In this document: piece by piece, positions 43,884 through 56,166 of the stretch
Numbering within the stretch: position 1 is the stretch's first letter
Layout: each line of letters starts with the position of its first letter
Origin: an uncultured Nitrososphaerales archaeon
Lineage (GTDB): Archaea; Thermoproteota; Nitrososphaeria; Nitrososphaerales; Nitrososphaeraceae
Length of the DNA: 64,000 bases
NCBI GenBank assembly: GCA_963713605.1
Contig: CAVQMO010000010.1
Span: forward strand, 64,001-128,000
Direction of reading: 5' to 3'
The notes under the pieces: generated by a model
Seen by the model: only the letters and a program-made list of their open reading frames with translations
Database searches by the model: none
What the model was told of the DNA's origin: nothing
Program-made: the position numbers and the translations under genes

Positions 43884-44133
43884 TCACTTATTTGATCAAC
43901 ATCATTAATCAAATTATGCAAAAAGAGTATGGTTATTATAGTATTATATAAAGAAAGAAAATTATAGTTTAGTAGTTGGTATTATTGTTATTTCTCTTCT
44001 ATCGTATCAAGTCGTAACTGTATTGGTATCTTTCTTTCGTTGCATAGCGTCTGCGATTACAGTAGGTTGCAATAGTATCTTTCACACTCTGCCAGATCTC
44101 ATGATCCGTTGGTGGTTTACCCTCACTAGTCAA

Positions 44134-44911
44134 CTAGCCATTATTTAGTTGGATTTGTCTATCCAATAGTTCCTTCTTGACTGCTTTTGTAATCCTTTCA
44201 TAGTTGAGTATATGCTTTGCAGATAGTTTTTCGAGTCTGCCCTCAGACCTTAGAGATGCAATTATATCATCTACTGTGTTCTTGTTACCACAATAGATCC
44301 CAACTTGACTCTCGTATTTCCAGTAGGCCTCCATTAGATACATATCTCTTTTATGTTGTTCTTCAGTCATTTCTGCAAGCATACGCATTCGTTTCTGTTT
44401 TCGTTCAAGTCCTTTAATAGCGGCTACTGCATGTTTATGCCAGAATGCATTTACCTCTTCCAGGAGTTTACTATCAGAGCCATCTGACTCTCTTGCCTTT
44501 ATGTTGACCCATCGATACTGCTTTATCTTTCCTTGCTCATTCTTACATGGAACACACGATAACCATCTGAAATCGTCGTCTGTCTTTCGTATGTGTTTTA
44601 TTAGGCTTCTTAGGGTACTCGACATGTATCGGTCGAATGTCATCGAATGACTTGAATGCAGAGAGATCAAGTCCACATTCTTTGGCATATTCATCGATTA
44701 CATCCGAATAGACGCGAGAAAATATTTCCCAGAGTGTAAGGCCTTGCTCTACCGTTGTCCTATCTCTCATCAAGTCTTTGAATGGCTGTGCCCTCTTCCG
44801 TTTGCTCTTTCTTAGTAAAGCATCTAATCTTTCATCCTCACGTTCGATATATTCTAAGTCTTCTTTAGATGGACGATACACTGGAAGTCCATCAGATGAA
44901 TTCTCAGTCAT
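44134..44911 (-). CDS. Orphan basic protein (~260 aa), probably one gene with a frameshift near 44610
   Basis: Two overlapping ORFs; ATG overlaps the upstream RHH stop (ATGA). Confidence 0.65.
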
Positions 44912-45069
44912 TTCTTACTGGACCTCTTCAAGAAGTCAGATAATGCCTTAACTACCAAGTCCGTAACTGGAACATTATCATCGATTGCCTTATGCTTCAG
45001 TTCCTTAAACAGTTCTGAAGGTATTCGCCAGGTTACTTTTACTTGGTTATTCCATTCCTTAACCAACAT
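44908..45069 (-). CDS. Ribbon-helix-helix (CopG/Arc-like) protein, 53 aa, not in ORF track
   Basis: MLVKEWNNQVKVTWRIPSELFKELKHKAIDDNVPVTDLVVKALSDFLKRSSKK*. Confidence 0.85.
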   Translation of the reverse strand: MLVKEWNNQVKVTWRIPSELFKELKHKAIDDNVPVTDLVVKALSDFLKRSSKK

Positions 45070-45086
45070 AGTGTCTTTTGATACAT

Positions 45087-45166
45087 GCCATATAAGTCCA
45101 TTGCCTGCTCATATAGTTTGCCCATTTGCCATATACTTATATGTACCAGTAACCCAGTATACTGGT
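45087..45166. promoter_or_regulatory. Repeated operator-like motifs upstream of the RHH gene
   Basis: TGCCATATA, TGCTCATATA, TGCCCATTT, TGCCATATA and palindrome CCAGTATACTGG. Confidence 0.55.
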
Positions 45167-46356
45167 ATGAATCAAGAATTTGAGATTCCAGTAGGCCAGG
45201 ATAATGATCTAAGCACTAGCCAGAGCCAGAGCCAAAACAACAATCAAAATCCATTGTTTACATATGTATACGATATCCAATGATTAAAATCGAGTGTATT
45301 GTAGATTAGTTACTTATAGTATTGCGTTATAATTTACGGACTATATGTTGTAATTATTTAGGTGTCAGGAGCATTATCATACCTTTTCTAGTCCTGCATA
45401 CAAGTTCCAAGAATTTACTTCCTTTAGGAGTTATATTGTAAGTTTATACGTATTGAAACACGTACGAAGGGGGGAGGAGAGCCGGATGCAATCGAGAAAC
45501 CACAACCAGAGGAAGAATAATCATCATTACGATAACTGAGAAGGGCTAAGACCTGTAGACCAGCATCACGCCGTCAGCTCGCTACGAGTCACGACGACTT
45601 GTTCGATAGTTTTAGATAATCTTTACAGTTCTGGTATTGTCACGAATACTTTAAATGGGTAAGTTGTCAGCTAGTCAAACTTGACTTGATTTGAGTGTGG
45701 AAGTTTTAGCAAGGAACAATTGTCCAGAAGGATTTGATATCATGAATAGTGCTAACTTTACAACGGGAGTATGCGTACCACTTTCATCTGAATATGCGAA
45801 ACAAGTGACAAGAGAAAGATGGGGATTAGAGCAGTTATTCTAATAAAGAAAGGATTCGATTGGTGTGACTTATGTCAAATGTCCAAAGATCATAAAAATA
45901 CTGACTACCAATAAGATAGTATTTGTCCGCAACTTAGTCAAGAATAAGTTATGAGTCATTGCATTGATTATCAAAATAGTAATAACATGGAAATGTTTGA
46001 ATGTAAGTACTCGTGATTAACACGTATTATCAGTTAATCTAGCGAATTAAATGAGAACGAAAAGTAGTATAATAATATCCTAAAGGAAATAATGGTCATT
46101 ATTGTGGTATCTGAGCCCGTTTGAGCTTGTACCTGATAGAAAGACTAAGACTATCGCAAATAACGAAACGTATTTGACCTTCATATTGATTTGATATGAT
46201 AATGTGATTATGTAGAGTTAGTGACCTTTCAATCCTAAATATGTCACATTTTTCTTAGAAGAGATTTTAGTGCAGTTTGGGTGCTAGCTTCTCTAATACG
46301 TGAGTTAGGTAATTGGGTAAAGAATACCGAATTGAGTATCATGACATCTCCATGTT

Positions 46357-46800
46357 ATGTTACTCGCTCTGGATTTATTAGAAGTATTCGCGACCACAGA
46401 AGAACCGTTAATTCTGCAACCAGCACAACAAGCAAACCAATCTCAACCACAATGGATTTGGCACATAGGTGGAGGAAATTCATACACCGTGGCATATCCC
46501 TCTAATTGGAAGGTAGAAGAAACGCCGCGTGTGACACCTTTTGATGGCGTCGAGTCTTTGTTTACTACAGAATATGGTAATACGATAAGCATAAGATTAT
46601 CACCTCTAAGGCTAATAGTTATGAACAATTCATCATAAGTGCCGAAGACTATCCAGACTACGTATCAAAGCGCATTCCGAGCGCTACAATTGAAGGATCG
46701 GGCTTTGGCTATTATAGTCTAGGCGATCTCCAAACATATGCATTATTATTATTATCTAATCCCGATATTCTCACTATAGATGACAAGATGTTACTAAAAC
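46357..46800 (+). pseudogene. Secreted PsbP-like domain protein, disrupted
   Basis: YTVAYPSNWKVEE motif; reading breaks up downstream. Confidence 0.5.
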
Positions 46801-47326
46801 GTATTAATGAATCTAACATACGCAATACGACTTATGGGTAGTTCGATGAATCCCATTAGACTAGAATAACCACTACCTGTAGTAGAGAATAAGAGGTATT
46901 TGCTAACTCAAAAAAATTATGGGATACATGATACATTTTCTAAGAAATTTATGCCATTTCTGATTGACTGTACAATATCCTTTGGCGTAAAAATATAAAT
47001 AGTTACTAATTTGGGATATATAATGTCAAAAATAGATGCTTATTAACCTTTCATTGAATAATGCTCTACTAACTATTTCATCAGGCCGCCAGCATCAGTC
47101 ATATTCTCCCTAGTGACTGAACTTAATATTTGAAGTGCTTAGTTACTGACCCACTAAAGGAGCAAAGAAAATAAGGGCGGTTTGACCGGGGTGGACTAGG
47201 GATATTCTAAGTAGACAAACCGGTTTCAATTCGTTCTGTTATGATATCTATCGATCTAAATTTGGATTTGGCCAATATAAGAGCTGGAATAGAAAGGTTC
47301 AAAATGAATGCTAACTAAGAATCGTT

Positions 47327-48136
47327 ATGCCAACCAAGTTCCCATTTATTGCAAACGAGTTTAGTGGAAGGCGCGCTCTTGTCACTGGAGGAACTGCAGG
47401 GATAGGCAAAGCTATAGTAGACCGATTTCTCGACGGAGGAGCCAACGTCATTACGACGGCACGCAAGATGACGCATGATAATGATGATGATAAAAAACGA
47501 GATCTTGTATTTATTCAAGCAGACCTCAGCACATCCGAAGGATGCACAAAAGTGATCAATGATGTCATTTCTCAGTTTGGTAGAGTGGATATTCTTGTGA
47601 ATGTTCTCGGAGCATCGTCTGCCCCAAGCGGAGGCTTTAGCGTCTTAACCGATGAGGAGTGGCAAAAAGAGCTGAACATAAACCTTCTGGCAGCTGTTCG
47701 ATTGGATAAAGGGTTACTACCAGCGATGATCAAGCAAGGGTCAGGTGCGATTATTCATATATCATCGATTCAACGAAGGCTTCCCTTATATGAAGCAACA
47801 TTGGCTTATGCAGCTGCAAAGGCTGCATTAACAACTTACAGCAAGGGATTATCAAACGAAGTAGCTCCTAAAGGAGTTCGTGTCAATACCGTTGCTCCTG
47901 GATTCATTGAAACATCTGCGGCTCAAGGGCTCATAGAACGTTTAGCAAAACAAGCTGGAACTGATATGGAAACCACACGCCAAGAATTAATGAAATCCCT
48001 TGGCGGTATTCCTATCGGTCGTCCTGGGCGTCCTGAAGAGGTAGCCGAACTTGTCGCGTTTCTAGTATCGGATAGAGCTTTGTCAATCAATGGAAGCGAG
48101 TATGTAATCGATGGAGGTACGATTCCAACAGTTTAA
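47327..48136 (+). CDS. Short-chain dehydrogenase/reductase
   Basis: TGGTAGIG, YAAAK, VNTVAPG, IDGG. Confidence 0.95.
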   Translation: MPTKFPFIANEFSGRRALVTGGTAGIGKAIVDRFLDGGANVITTARKMTHDNDDDKKRDLVFIQADLSTSEGCTKVINDVISQFGRVDILVNVLGASSAPSGGFSVLTDEEWQKELNINLLAAVRLDKGLLPAMIKQGSGAIIHISSIQRRLPLYEATLAYAAAKAALTTYSKGLSNEVAPKGVRVNTVAPGFIETSAAQGLIERLAKQAGTDMETTRQELMKSLGGIPIGRPGRPEEVAELVAFLVSDRALSINGSEYVIDGGTIPTV

Positions 48137-48424
48137 TCCTTTGCCAGATTGGAAAATATGATGATGGTCAGCTCATCTAGCATAGCGGTCTTCAAAAATG
48201 GTATCTATAGCGATGTTAGATCGAGAACAGTTGTCACTCATTCCATATTCCATTCTTGTAATTAATGGTATGAGAAGTAACTTTATCTTGCTCATGAATA
48301 GTAAACTATGCCGATGGATGGACAGATTGATCATCATAACCAGTAACACTCGCAAACTAAAGCTATTGATACTTCCGATTCTAGTAAAAAAAACAAAAGG
48401 GGAGAAGTAAACCATCGTAGTGTG

Positions 48425-49488
48425 TTACTGTGATTTGAGAGAAGCCATATCAATTGAGAATCGATACTTCACATCTGCACGGGACAGTCTGTCGTAGGCC
48501 TCATTGACCTTCTGGATTGGAACGATTTCTACATCTGCAGTGATGTTATTCTTGCCGTAAAAGTCAAGCATCTCTTGCGTTTCGGCAATACCCCCGATGA
48601 GAGTGCCAGAGAGGCTGCGACGCTTTAACAGAAGGCTTATGGCCGAGACGGCATAAGGTTTGTTCGGTGAGCCTATGATAGTGATGTTGCCGTCGCGGGC
48701 TAGTAATTGTATGTATGCGTTAATGTCGTGCTCTGCAGAGACTGCGTCGAGGATGAAGTCGAAACTACCTACATGCTTGCTCATCTGATCGGTGTTTCGC
48801 GAAATGGCTACATCGTCGGCGCCGAGCCTAAGCGCGTCTTCTTTCTTGTTAGCAGAAGTAGTAAAGACTACGACATGGGCTCCAAGCCCATGTGCAATCT
48901 TTACCGCCATATGACCCAGCCCACCTAGACCTACTACACCGACCTTCTTATCTTTGGTGACACCCCAATGTCGCATGGGCGAGTAAGTTGTAATTCCGGC
49001 GCATAGGAGAGGTGCGGCTCCTGCTAGATTCAGGTTGGAAGGAACGCGTAGGACAAAATCGTCTTTAACCACAATACTGTCTGAATAGCCACCATAGGTG
49101 ACGCCTCCAAGGTGCAAGTCTGGAGAGTTGTAGGTGAGAGTCATGTGTGGGCAGAACTGCTCGAGACCGGCTCGGCACTCGGTGCAGTTGCCGTCGGAGT
49201 CAACCAAGCGAGCCGACTGCGAGCATGGTCGCCCGGCTTGAACTTGGTGACTGCGGAGCCAACCTTGGTGACACGGCCAACGATCTCATGTCCGGGAACG
49301 CATGGATAGACAGTGGGCGCCGTGCTCCATTCGTTACGGACTTGGTGGAGATCAGAGTGGCATATGCCACAGAAAAGGATTTCAATCTGAACATCGTGCT
49401 CGCCCGGATTGCGTCGCGGGATCGTGAAAGGAACAAGAGGCGATTTAGCATTCGGCAGCAGCGTAAGCCTTTGCTTTATACTGACCAC
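48425..49488 (-). CDS. Zn-dependent NAD(P) alcohol dehydrogenase (cinnamyl-ADH/YahK-like); frameshifts
   Basis: [42 protein letters not shown]. Confidence 0.93.
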
Positions 49489-49608
49489 GTAATTCTGGGC
49501 TAAATTCGTGTTGTCATGATAATCTCGCATACTTTATTCTCTGAAAATTGATATGCTTCAGTCCCTCGTAAATATCAATTACAACCTTAGACAAGATACA
49601 GTTCCTCT

Positions 49609-50193
49609 CTACTTGATCTGCTCCGTGGCGGCCATCCAATTCTCCACGTGATAGGCCGTCGCTAGCTTGCCGTCCCTGACGGTGAACATGTCAATCGAGA
49701 TCGTCTTGAAGCTCTTCCCGGTGGGCTTAGCGCCGTACAGCTCGCCCGTCGGGGTGCCGGTGGCTTCACCCCGGACCACTATCCGGTTGCCCGACGTCCA
49801 GATATCCTTGATGGTCCAGTGCAGATCTGGGATTATCTTCCCCAAGCCCGTGAATACCCCCGCTAGTTGATCACGTGACAGACAATCCGAGTTGGTCGAA
49901 CAGGATTGGTAGTCCGGGTTGGTTGCATTCGCCAGCAAGGCCGGGACGTCCTTTTTGGTCGGCTCATTGAGCGCCTCATAGAGCGGCGCGACTATCGCAC
50001 GGGCCTGTTCCACGGTCAGCGACGTGGCAATCTCACCCTGCGGTGTCTGAGCGTTCGCGCTCACAAGCGCCATGCCTAACGCCAACGAGGCGAACAATGT
50101 CAGCGACCCGGCGACATACAATGCATTCCGGCTTTTTAGCACGTCGATGAATTGGCTTCCATACGCAGGTTCTTCAGTTGTCTTGGATTTCAT
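49609..50193 (-). CDS. Secreted ester cyclase / SnoaL-like protein
   Basis: TM/signal; IPDLHWTIKDI..GNRIVVRGEATGTP..PTGKSF..HVENW. Confidence 0.85.
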   Translation of the reverse strand: MKSKTTEEPAYGSQFIDVLKSRNALYVAGSLTLFASLALGMALVSANAQTPQGEIATSLTVEQARAIVAPLYEALNEPTKKDVPALLANATNPDYQSCSTNSDCLSRDQLAGVFTGLGKIIPDLHWTIKDIWTSGNRIVVRGEATGTPTGELYGAKPTGKSFKTISIDMFTVRDGKLATAYHVENWMAATEQIK

Positions 50194-50206
50194 AACTAAT
50201 TGCTCC

Positions 50207-50809
50207 TTATTCATTCTCCGAAGGATTCGGAAACTTGTCTCCGAACATTGGAAATCCACCCTTTGACTGTTCTTGGATTGCTTCGTCTTGAATTACATCC
50301 CAGTGTTCAACCAGAAGTCCCGTCCTCGATGCGAACGATGTCGGCTGCAATCCAATTCATAGGCTGGCCCATGCCCGAAAATCGTCCTTGGACGATTACA
50401 AAATCTCCATCAGCCACAATTATACCCGGTTCATACTTTAGTGTTGGTGGACTGTTCTTGACGAGGTTGAACAGGCCGTCGCGACCAGGAGGGACGACAG
50501 CACTATGCTGGATGTATTTGGGTGACCAATAGCGCTCAGCCGTTAAGTAGTCTCGCTGATTGAACAGCGTGTCGAAAGCTTTGAGGACAAGTGCTTTGTT
50601 CTTCTCTTCTAACCCAGTGTAATTATTTGCTGTTGTATTCTGTACTCCCTGTGTGCCTGTACTCCTGGGGGTAGTATTGATGTCTTATTATTCGACTGTG
50701 CGTTAGCAAAATCAGGATGTGCATACAAAGCAAAACTTGCGATAAACATTGCACCTACACCTATACTTAATACAGTTAGGCGTATGGCCTTTTCTTTATA
50801 TGTAGCCAT
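50207..50809 (-). CDS. Secreted SnoaL/NTF2-like protein; several frameshifts, only the N-terminus is in the ORF track
   Basis: Signal peptide, then NKALVLKAFDTLFNQRDY..YWSPKYIQHS..GRDGL..ADIVRIEDG..HWDVIQDEA. Confidence 0.8.
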
Positions 50810-50843
50810 ACTACGGGTATGTAATGCGACTATATAACCCAGG

Positions 50844-50877
50844 AAGTTACAATCTGGTAACTTACCTACTGGTAACT
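50844..50877. promoter_or_regulatory. Tandem palindromic operator in a divergent promoter
   Basis: AAGTTAC-AATCTG-GTAACTT overlapping CTTAC-CTACTG-GTAAC. Confidence 0.7.
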
Positions 50878-50914
50878 TTCAGATTTAATAACGTGCCTAG
50901 ATTCTATTATACAT

Positions 50915-51778
50915 ATGAGTTCAGTTCAAGCGCCCGCTCATTTGAAGTGGGACGTGTTCATGACGCCTGGCATACCCATAGTCACCAATGATATTCCTCC
51001 GGGCGTGAAAGAGGTGTATTTTCAGGCGATGGCGTCAACCCTAATTCATGGTGTGCGAGATGCCGTCCTGGTGGACGCCTTTATGACCGTCAAGCAGGCA
51101 AATGACCTGGCAGATTGGGTTGCAGCAAGGGCAAGAACCTGACAACCATCTATATTACACATGGTCATGGAGATCATTGGTTTGGAATCGGAACTCTTCT
51201 TGAACGCTTCCCAAATGCTAGAGCAGTAGCGACGCCTGATGTCGTGAAAGTCATGCGCCAGCATGCCTCCCCAGAGGTCCTTGAGAAGGCTTGGAAGGCG
51301 GCGTTTCCTGGTCAGATCCCGGAGCGCCTTGTGATCGCCGAGGAGCTCAAAGGAAACGTAATTGAACTTGAGGGGCATGAATTGGTCGCAGTGGAACTCG
51401 GCCATACCGACACCGATTACACGACCTGTTTAAATGTCCCCTCCGACGGACTAGTGGTCGCCGGTGATGCTGCCTTATAACGACGTTCACCTCTACCTAG
51501 TAGAATCAAATGCTAAGAGTCGCCGGGAATGGATCTCTGCACTCGACAAAATCGAGTCGCTTAATCCACGCGCAGTTATCGCCTCACACAAGCGGCCAGG
51601 TAGCGAAGACAATCCAACGATTATCGAACAGACACGGCAATACATTCGCGAATTCGACCGATTAGTGGAAACCACGACAAACGCTCAAGAGCTCTATGAC
51701 AAGATGTTGGAGCTCTATCCAAATCGAGTCAATCCGGGGTGGGCACTCTGGAGTTCGGCGCGAGCAGTCAAACAGTAA
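50915..51778 (+). CDS. Metallo-beta-lactamase fold hydrolase; two frameshifts
   Basis: AVLVDA, THGHGDHWFG, GHTD, VVAGD, VIASHK. Confidence 0.92.
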
Positions 51779-51989
51779 TTTGGGAGTTACTAATGTATGT
51801 CCCTCTCAACCTGAATCGATGGTCCTTGCAGATCATTCAGTGGAACAGTATCACAAATGCTGTCCACAATATCCTAACGTCGCAGCGCTTGTCCACATAA
51901 CTACCTTTGCATTTGATCGGGATTAGTCACTGTCGAGTTTCGTTTGAAAATAGCTAACGATATAAGCATATGGTTACCTTTAGATAATA

Positions 51990-52430
51990 TTGTTTAATGA
52001 AGGAATGGGCATAGCATTAACGGACCATCTGCGTAAGTGGGGAATGAAAGTTTGTCCTATCGATAGAAGTTTAAAGATAATGGGTCAACGCTATGCTCTC
52101 CACATAATGAGAAATATGATATTGCTAAAGCAAAATCGGTTTAATCAATTTCTAAATTCTGTTGAAGGCATAAACGCCAAAACTTTGACGATCAGACTAC
52201 AACAGCTTGAGGAATATGGTCTAGTTGAAAGAAAGTTGATTCCCGGCAAGCCAGCGCATACAGAATATTACCCCACCGAAAAAGGTATGGCTGTACAAAG
52301 AATCTTGGTAGAGATCGCTTCGTTCAGTGCAAAGTATGAGCCAGAGATAATTTTCGTAGATAGGAAGCCAAGAAATAATGGGAAGCCACTCTTTGGGACT
52401 AGAAATTTGTCTGAAGTTTATGATTCTTGA
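51990..52430 (+). CDS. HxlR/DUF24-family winged-helix regulator
   Basis: CPIDRSLKIMG..RFNQF..GINAKTLTIRLQQLEEYGLVER..P.HTEYYPTEKG. Confidence 0.92.
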   Translation: MFNEGMGIALTDHLRKWGMKVCPIDRSLKIMGQRYALHIMRNMILLKQNRFNQFLNSVEGINAKTLTIRLQQLEEYGLVERKLIPGKPAHTEYYPTEKGMAVQRILVEIASFSAKYEPEIIFVDRKPRNNGKPLFGTRNLSEVYDS

Positions 52431-52570
52431 ACAACACAGGTAATTGGCGGGACATTGGCACGACTTTACGATGTCGGTATACTTGGTGCTGTCAAGCTAT
52501 CGTCGGCTCTAGATATGGTTCCTACTCCCTCACGCTACTTTAAGGTGCTTTTCATTTTGTATTGCACAAA

Positions 52571-52978
52571 TTAGATAGACTCTCTAATGCTTACCTTTGC
52601 TCGTTCCTTAATCTGGTTCAAAATATCGTGTTTATTCGAAGAATCTAAAATCTTACCTATTATATTTACAGGAGAGTATGCCAGTATTTTCCCGTTCTTA
52701 CTAATGGGAGTTGGTCCATAAAATAAACACAATGCATTTCCTTCGGGCCAGTAGGCAACATCCAATTCATTAACTTCTGTCTTTGCATTATCTTCCTGTT
52801 CGACAGTTATTGTAGTTCGGTCAGTATAAAGCTCCTCTCCCCACTTGTTGATGCTAACTTCAATTGGCAAATTGTCAAGTATCGCTTTGAAAGTCTTTGG
52901 GGAAAGTGTATCATCTAATTCTATTCTAACATTTTTATCATCCAAATCCGGAAATACAATATCAATTATCCTTTTCAT
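52571..52978 (-). CDS. Cyclophilin-like fold protein (DUF369 type)
   Basis: PKTFKAILDNLP..WGEELY..DVAYWPEGNALCLFYGPTP..SPVNIIG. Confidence 0.88.
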   Translation of the reverse strand: MKRIIDIVFPDLDDKNVRIELDDTLSPKTFKAILDNLPIEVSINKWGEELYTDRTTITVEQEDNAKTEVNELDVAYWPEGNALCLFYGPTPISKNGKILAYSPVNIIGKILDSSNKHDILNQIKERAKVSIRESI

Positions 52979-53081
52979 AACATCAAATTGATCAATGGTA
53001 ACTTATATACCTAAATGCATTATGAAATATATACCAAATGCATTTTGTATTATTTCGATGTTATGATAATCATCGTTATTA

Positions 53082-53542
53082 TTATTCCCATGCAGCTATA
53101 TCTTTCTCCGCTATTATTTTTGTAGGCTTAACACGTACGAGAATAACACCTTCAGTAGTATTTCTTTTCCCATACGCTTTTGCATTACTCTTACCCATAT
53201 ATCGTTCTGCTATTCTGGTATTCCACTTTAATAATTCGTTATATTTCTGAGGAACTATTTTTGCGGTACCATGAATAGTTACAAACGAAAACTGGGGTTT
53301 CTGATCATCTACACAAATGCTCACCCGATTATCGCGTTGAATATTTGTTGCCTTAAGTGAATCTTCATATGTAGTAAAAACAATATCTTCTATTTTCCTG
53401 GCTGTTCGATTTTTTTGCTCATCTAATACGAACCAAACTGGAACAACATGTGGACTTCCATCTTTATTGACTGTGGTAAGTTTTGCTGTAAAAGTACCTT
53501 GCATAAGAAATTATTTGTTCCATTTTTGGACATGTATGTCAT
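53082..53542 (-). CDS. PPOX-class (F420-dependent) oxidoreductase; probable 5' frameshift
   Basis: AKLTTVNKDGSPHVVPVWF..KATNIQRDNRVSICVDD. Confidence 0.9.
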
Positions 53543-53695
53543 TGTAGATACATCGTCTAACTTTCTAAAAAGGAATTACAGCGATATTTTTAGTAAACAG
53601 TGGAGATATTTTTGGCACTCTGTCAGTTCACTTAAGATAGCGGCCCTTTTGTGGTGAGTTATCTATATTAGTTGGCGATATACATCTGACATATA

Positions 53696-54190
53696 ATGAT
53701 GTTCATACATAAGGGAGACATATTTAATGGGTATCATGTTTCAATTTCGGGCCCCGAAGTTGCTGATTGTCTGGCAATACGTGAACTTGTGGATGCATAT
53801 GCACATTGTGCGGATAGACGTGACTCGAAAGGACAAATGTCACTTTTTGCTAATGACACACACTTCGTTGTATTCATGGATGCTAGATCAGAGAAACCGT
53901 CGATGGAATTCAAACGACGAGAAAATTTGGCGCCCGTATTCGACGAACTAAATAAATACGAAACTACAACCCATTTCATGGGGCAAAGCACCATTGTACT
54001 AGATGGAGATCGTGCCACTGGAGAAACATACTGCATTGCCCATCATGTGTTGGCATCGGAGGGGAAACGGACTCTTTTTATTGCCTCTCTTCGTTATTAT
54101 GATGTCTTCACAAAAGTCGAGGGAAGGTGGCTTTTTGCTGAACGCAAGCTCATGGTTGATTGGACTGACACTCGCCCCATAAATATCTGA
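53696..54190 (+). CDS. SnoaL/NTF2-family protein
   Basis: AIRELVDAYAHCADRRD..TTHFMGQ..ATGETYCIAHH..RYYDVF..WLFAER. Confidence 0.9.
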   Translation: MMFIHKGDIFNGYHVSISGPEVADCLAIRELVDAYAHCADRRDSKGQMSLFANDTHFVVFMDARSEKPSMEFKRRENLAPVFDELNKYETTTHFMGQSTIVLDGDRATGETYCIAHHVLASEGKRTLFIASLRYYDVFTKVEGRWLFAERKLMVDWTDTRPINI

Positions 54191-54675
54191 TTCACTACGC
54201 ATATTATAAGAAGTTTGCATTTTTACGTGTTCAGGAAAGGTACAAAATAATGGCATCAGAATTATTGAAAGCAATTCCTCACATGAAGCCAAGGACCCAC
54301 CTCACATTTTTAATGAACCAGAAAAATTGACTAGGTGAGATATGTGAAATTTGTACACAGAGGAGTTCTCGATTTGTTTCATTGAAACGGCAAGCTGCAA
54401 TAAGCCTCCAATAACGGTAGTTACTAACTTAGAGATAAGTGATTATCCCTTCTCCTTTCAAGTGCATATCAGCGGTGCACATTAATTCCTAGATGTTCTT
54501 GATTTCTGTTTTTTGAAGTTCAAGGAGCTTGTGTTTTGGCAATAACTAGTGATTGCCAATTTGACATATAATCAATAATACACGGAGAGAGCTGGGAGAG
54601 GGTGTGGATCTATTGATAGTAATGGGTAAGTTTCCTGCCATGTATTCATATAGTACAATGTACCATTTAAATAAT

Positions 54676-55548
54676 ATGGCAAACGTGGCTGTCGTGACAG
54701 GTAGCTCAAGTGGAATAGGATATGAAACGTCGCTTCTGTTGGCAAGAAATCAATTTACAACATATGCAACTATGAGGAATTTGAATAAGAGTGAGGGATT
54801 ACAGGAAATTGCAACGAAGGAAAAGATCCCACTAAAAGTAGCTCAACTAGATGTAAACAATGACTCATCAGTAGATAATGCAGTAGATTCCATAATCAAA
54901 GAAAATGGCAAGATAAATCTCTTGGTCAATAATGCCGGCTATGACTTGTTTGGTTCTCTTGAAGAGGCTAGTATTGAGGAGATAAGGGAGCAGTTTGAAA
55001 CAAATTTCTTTGGTGTAGTAAGAACCACGAAAGCAGTGGTACCAACCATGAGAAAACAAGGGAGTGGTACTATCGTTAATATAAGTTCTGTTGGTGGAAG
55101 ATTAGGGTTAACTCCATTTGGAACTGCATATCACGCAAGCAAGTTTGCCATAGAAGGTTTGACAGAATCATTAAGACATGAGCTTGTTGATTTTAACATA
55201 AACATCATACTAGTTGAACCGGGTGCTATCAGAAGCAACTTTATGGATAACATTAAGACAGTTAAAGGATTTCATTCAAATAAATCCCCATATGCCAAAA
55301 CAGTACAACAGATGTTTCAAGGGCTCGAATCATTTTTTGCTAGTTCATCTCATCCTGTTGATGTAGCACAAGTGATCCTAAATGTAGTAAATTCACCAAG
55401 CCCAGAATTAAGATATCCTGTGGGAAAAGACGCAGAATCAATCTTTAAAGCACGAACAGAACTATCTGACAGAGATCTAGAGAAGTGGGTACGGGAAAGT
55501 TATATGGAAAAGAAGGGTTTCGTACAGTTAATGATCCCGTGTAGATGA
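54676..55548 (+). CDS. Short-chain dehydrogenase/reductase
   Basis: TGSSSGIG, NNAG, YHASKFA, VEPG. Confidence 0.95.
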   Translation: MANVAVVTGSSSGIGYETSLLLARNQFTTYATMRNLNKSEGLQEIATKEKIPLKVAQLDVNNDSSVDNAVDSIIKENGKINLLVNNAGYDLFGSLEEASIEEIREQFETNFFGVVRTTKAVVPTMRKQGSGTIVNISSVGGRLGLTPFGTAYHASKFAIEGLTESLRHELVDFNINIILVEPGAIRSNFMDNIKTVKGFHSNKSPYAKTVQQMFQGLESFFASSSHPVDVAQVILNVVNSPSPELRYPVGKDAESIFKARTELSDRDLEKWVRESYMEKKGFVQLMIPCR

Positions 55549-55965
55549 CAGATGAAAAAGTCGCTGTCAGCCGTCGTCGAATATGCTAAATCTGGAGTCA
55601 GAACAAATGCACATATCCTGTAAATCATACTGGTTGTTCATACGTTACTAATATTAGGAGCACCTTTAAATTGATGCACAAAGAATGTTCTTGTTCATAG
55701 TGGCAGTAATGGCTTGAAATTAGGCGCAAATGACGCGCCATAATCTATCTTCAATCTTTGCGAGAACCTGCAGATAGCGGCTTTTAGTGATTTCGTAAAG
55801 GCGATAGGGTCAGAATATTAGCTCGGCAATGTGCCTATCACTTAGATTTATCCTATCAAGGGTTTATTATCGAAAGTTATATTATATATTAGATGATTAC
55901 TAGTAGAATCTACTAGACATTGACGACAGGACAAGACTGGAATAAAACAAACGGACCAGTACGAG

Positions 55966-56166
55966 GTGAATATCGTGAAGACTGATAGAAAGTGCGAGAT
56001 CTGTGGAGCACTTAACATGCTGGTGGACAGTTTTGCTTATGATGCAGAATATAGCTACGATGATTATTATCAAACTGACTCGGTTAAGTTTTGTCCTTAT
56101 AGCTCAAAGCTCGAATGTGTTGATTGTCATAAGAAAGAGCATTCTAACAATAGAGCAAAAGAATGA
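55966..56166 (+). CDS. Small Zn-finger protein
   Basis: CEIC..FCP..ECVDCHKKEH. Confidence 0.55.
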   Translation: MNIVKTDRKCEICGALNMLVDSFAYDAEYSYDDYYQTDSVKFCPYSSKLECVDCHKKEHSNNRAKE

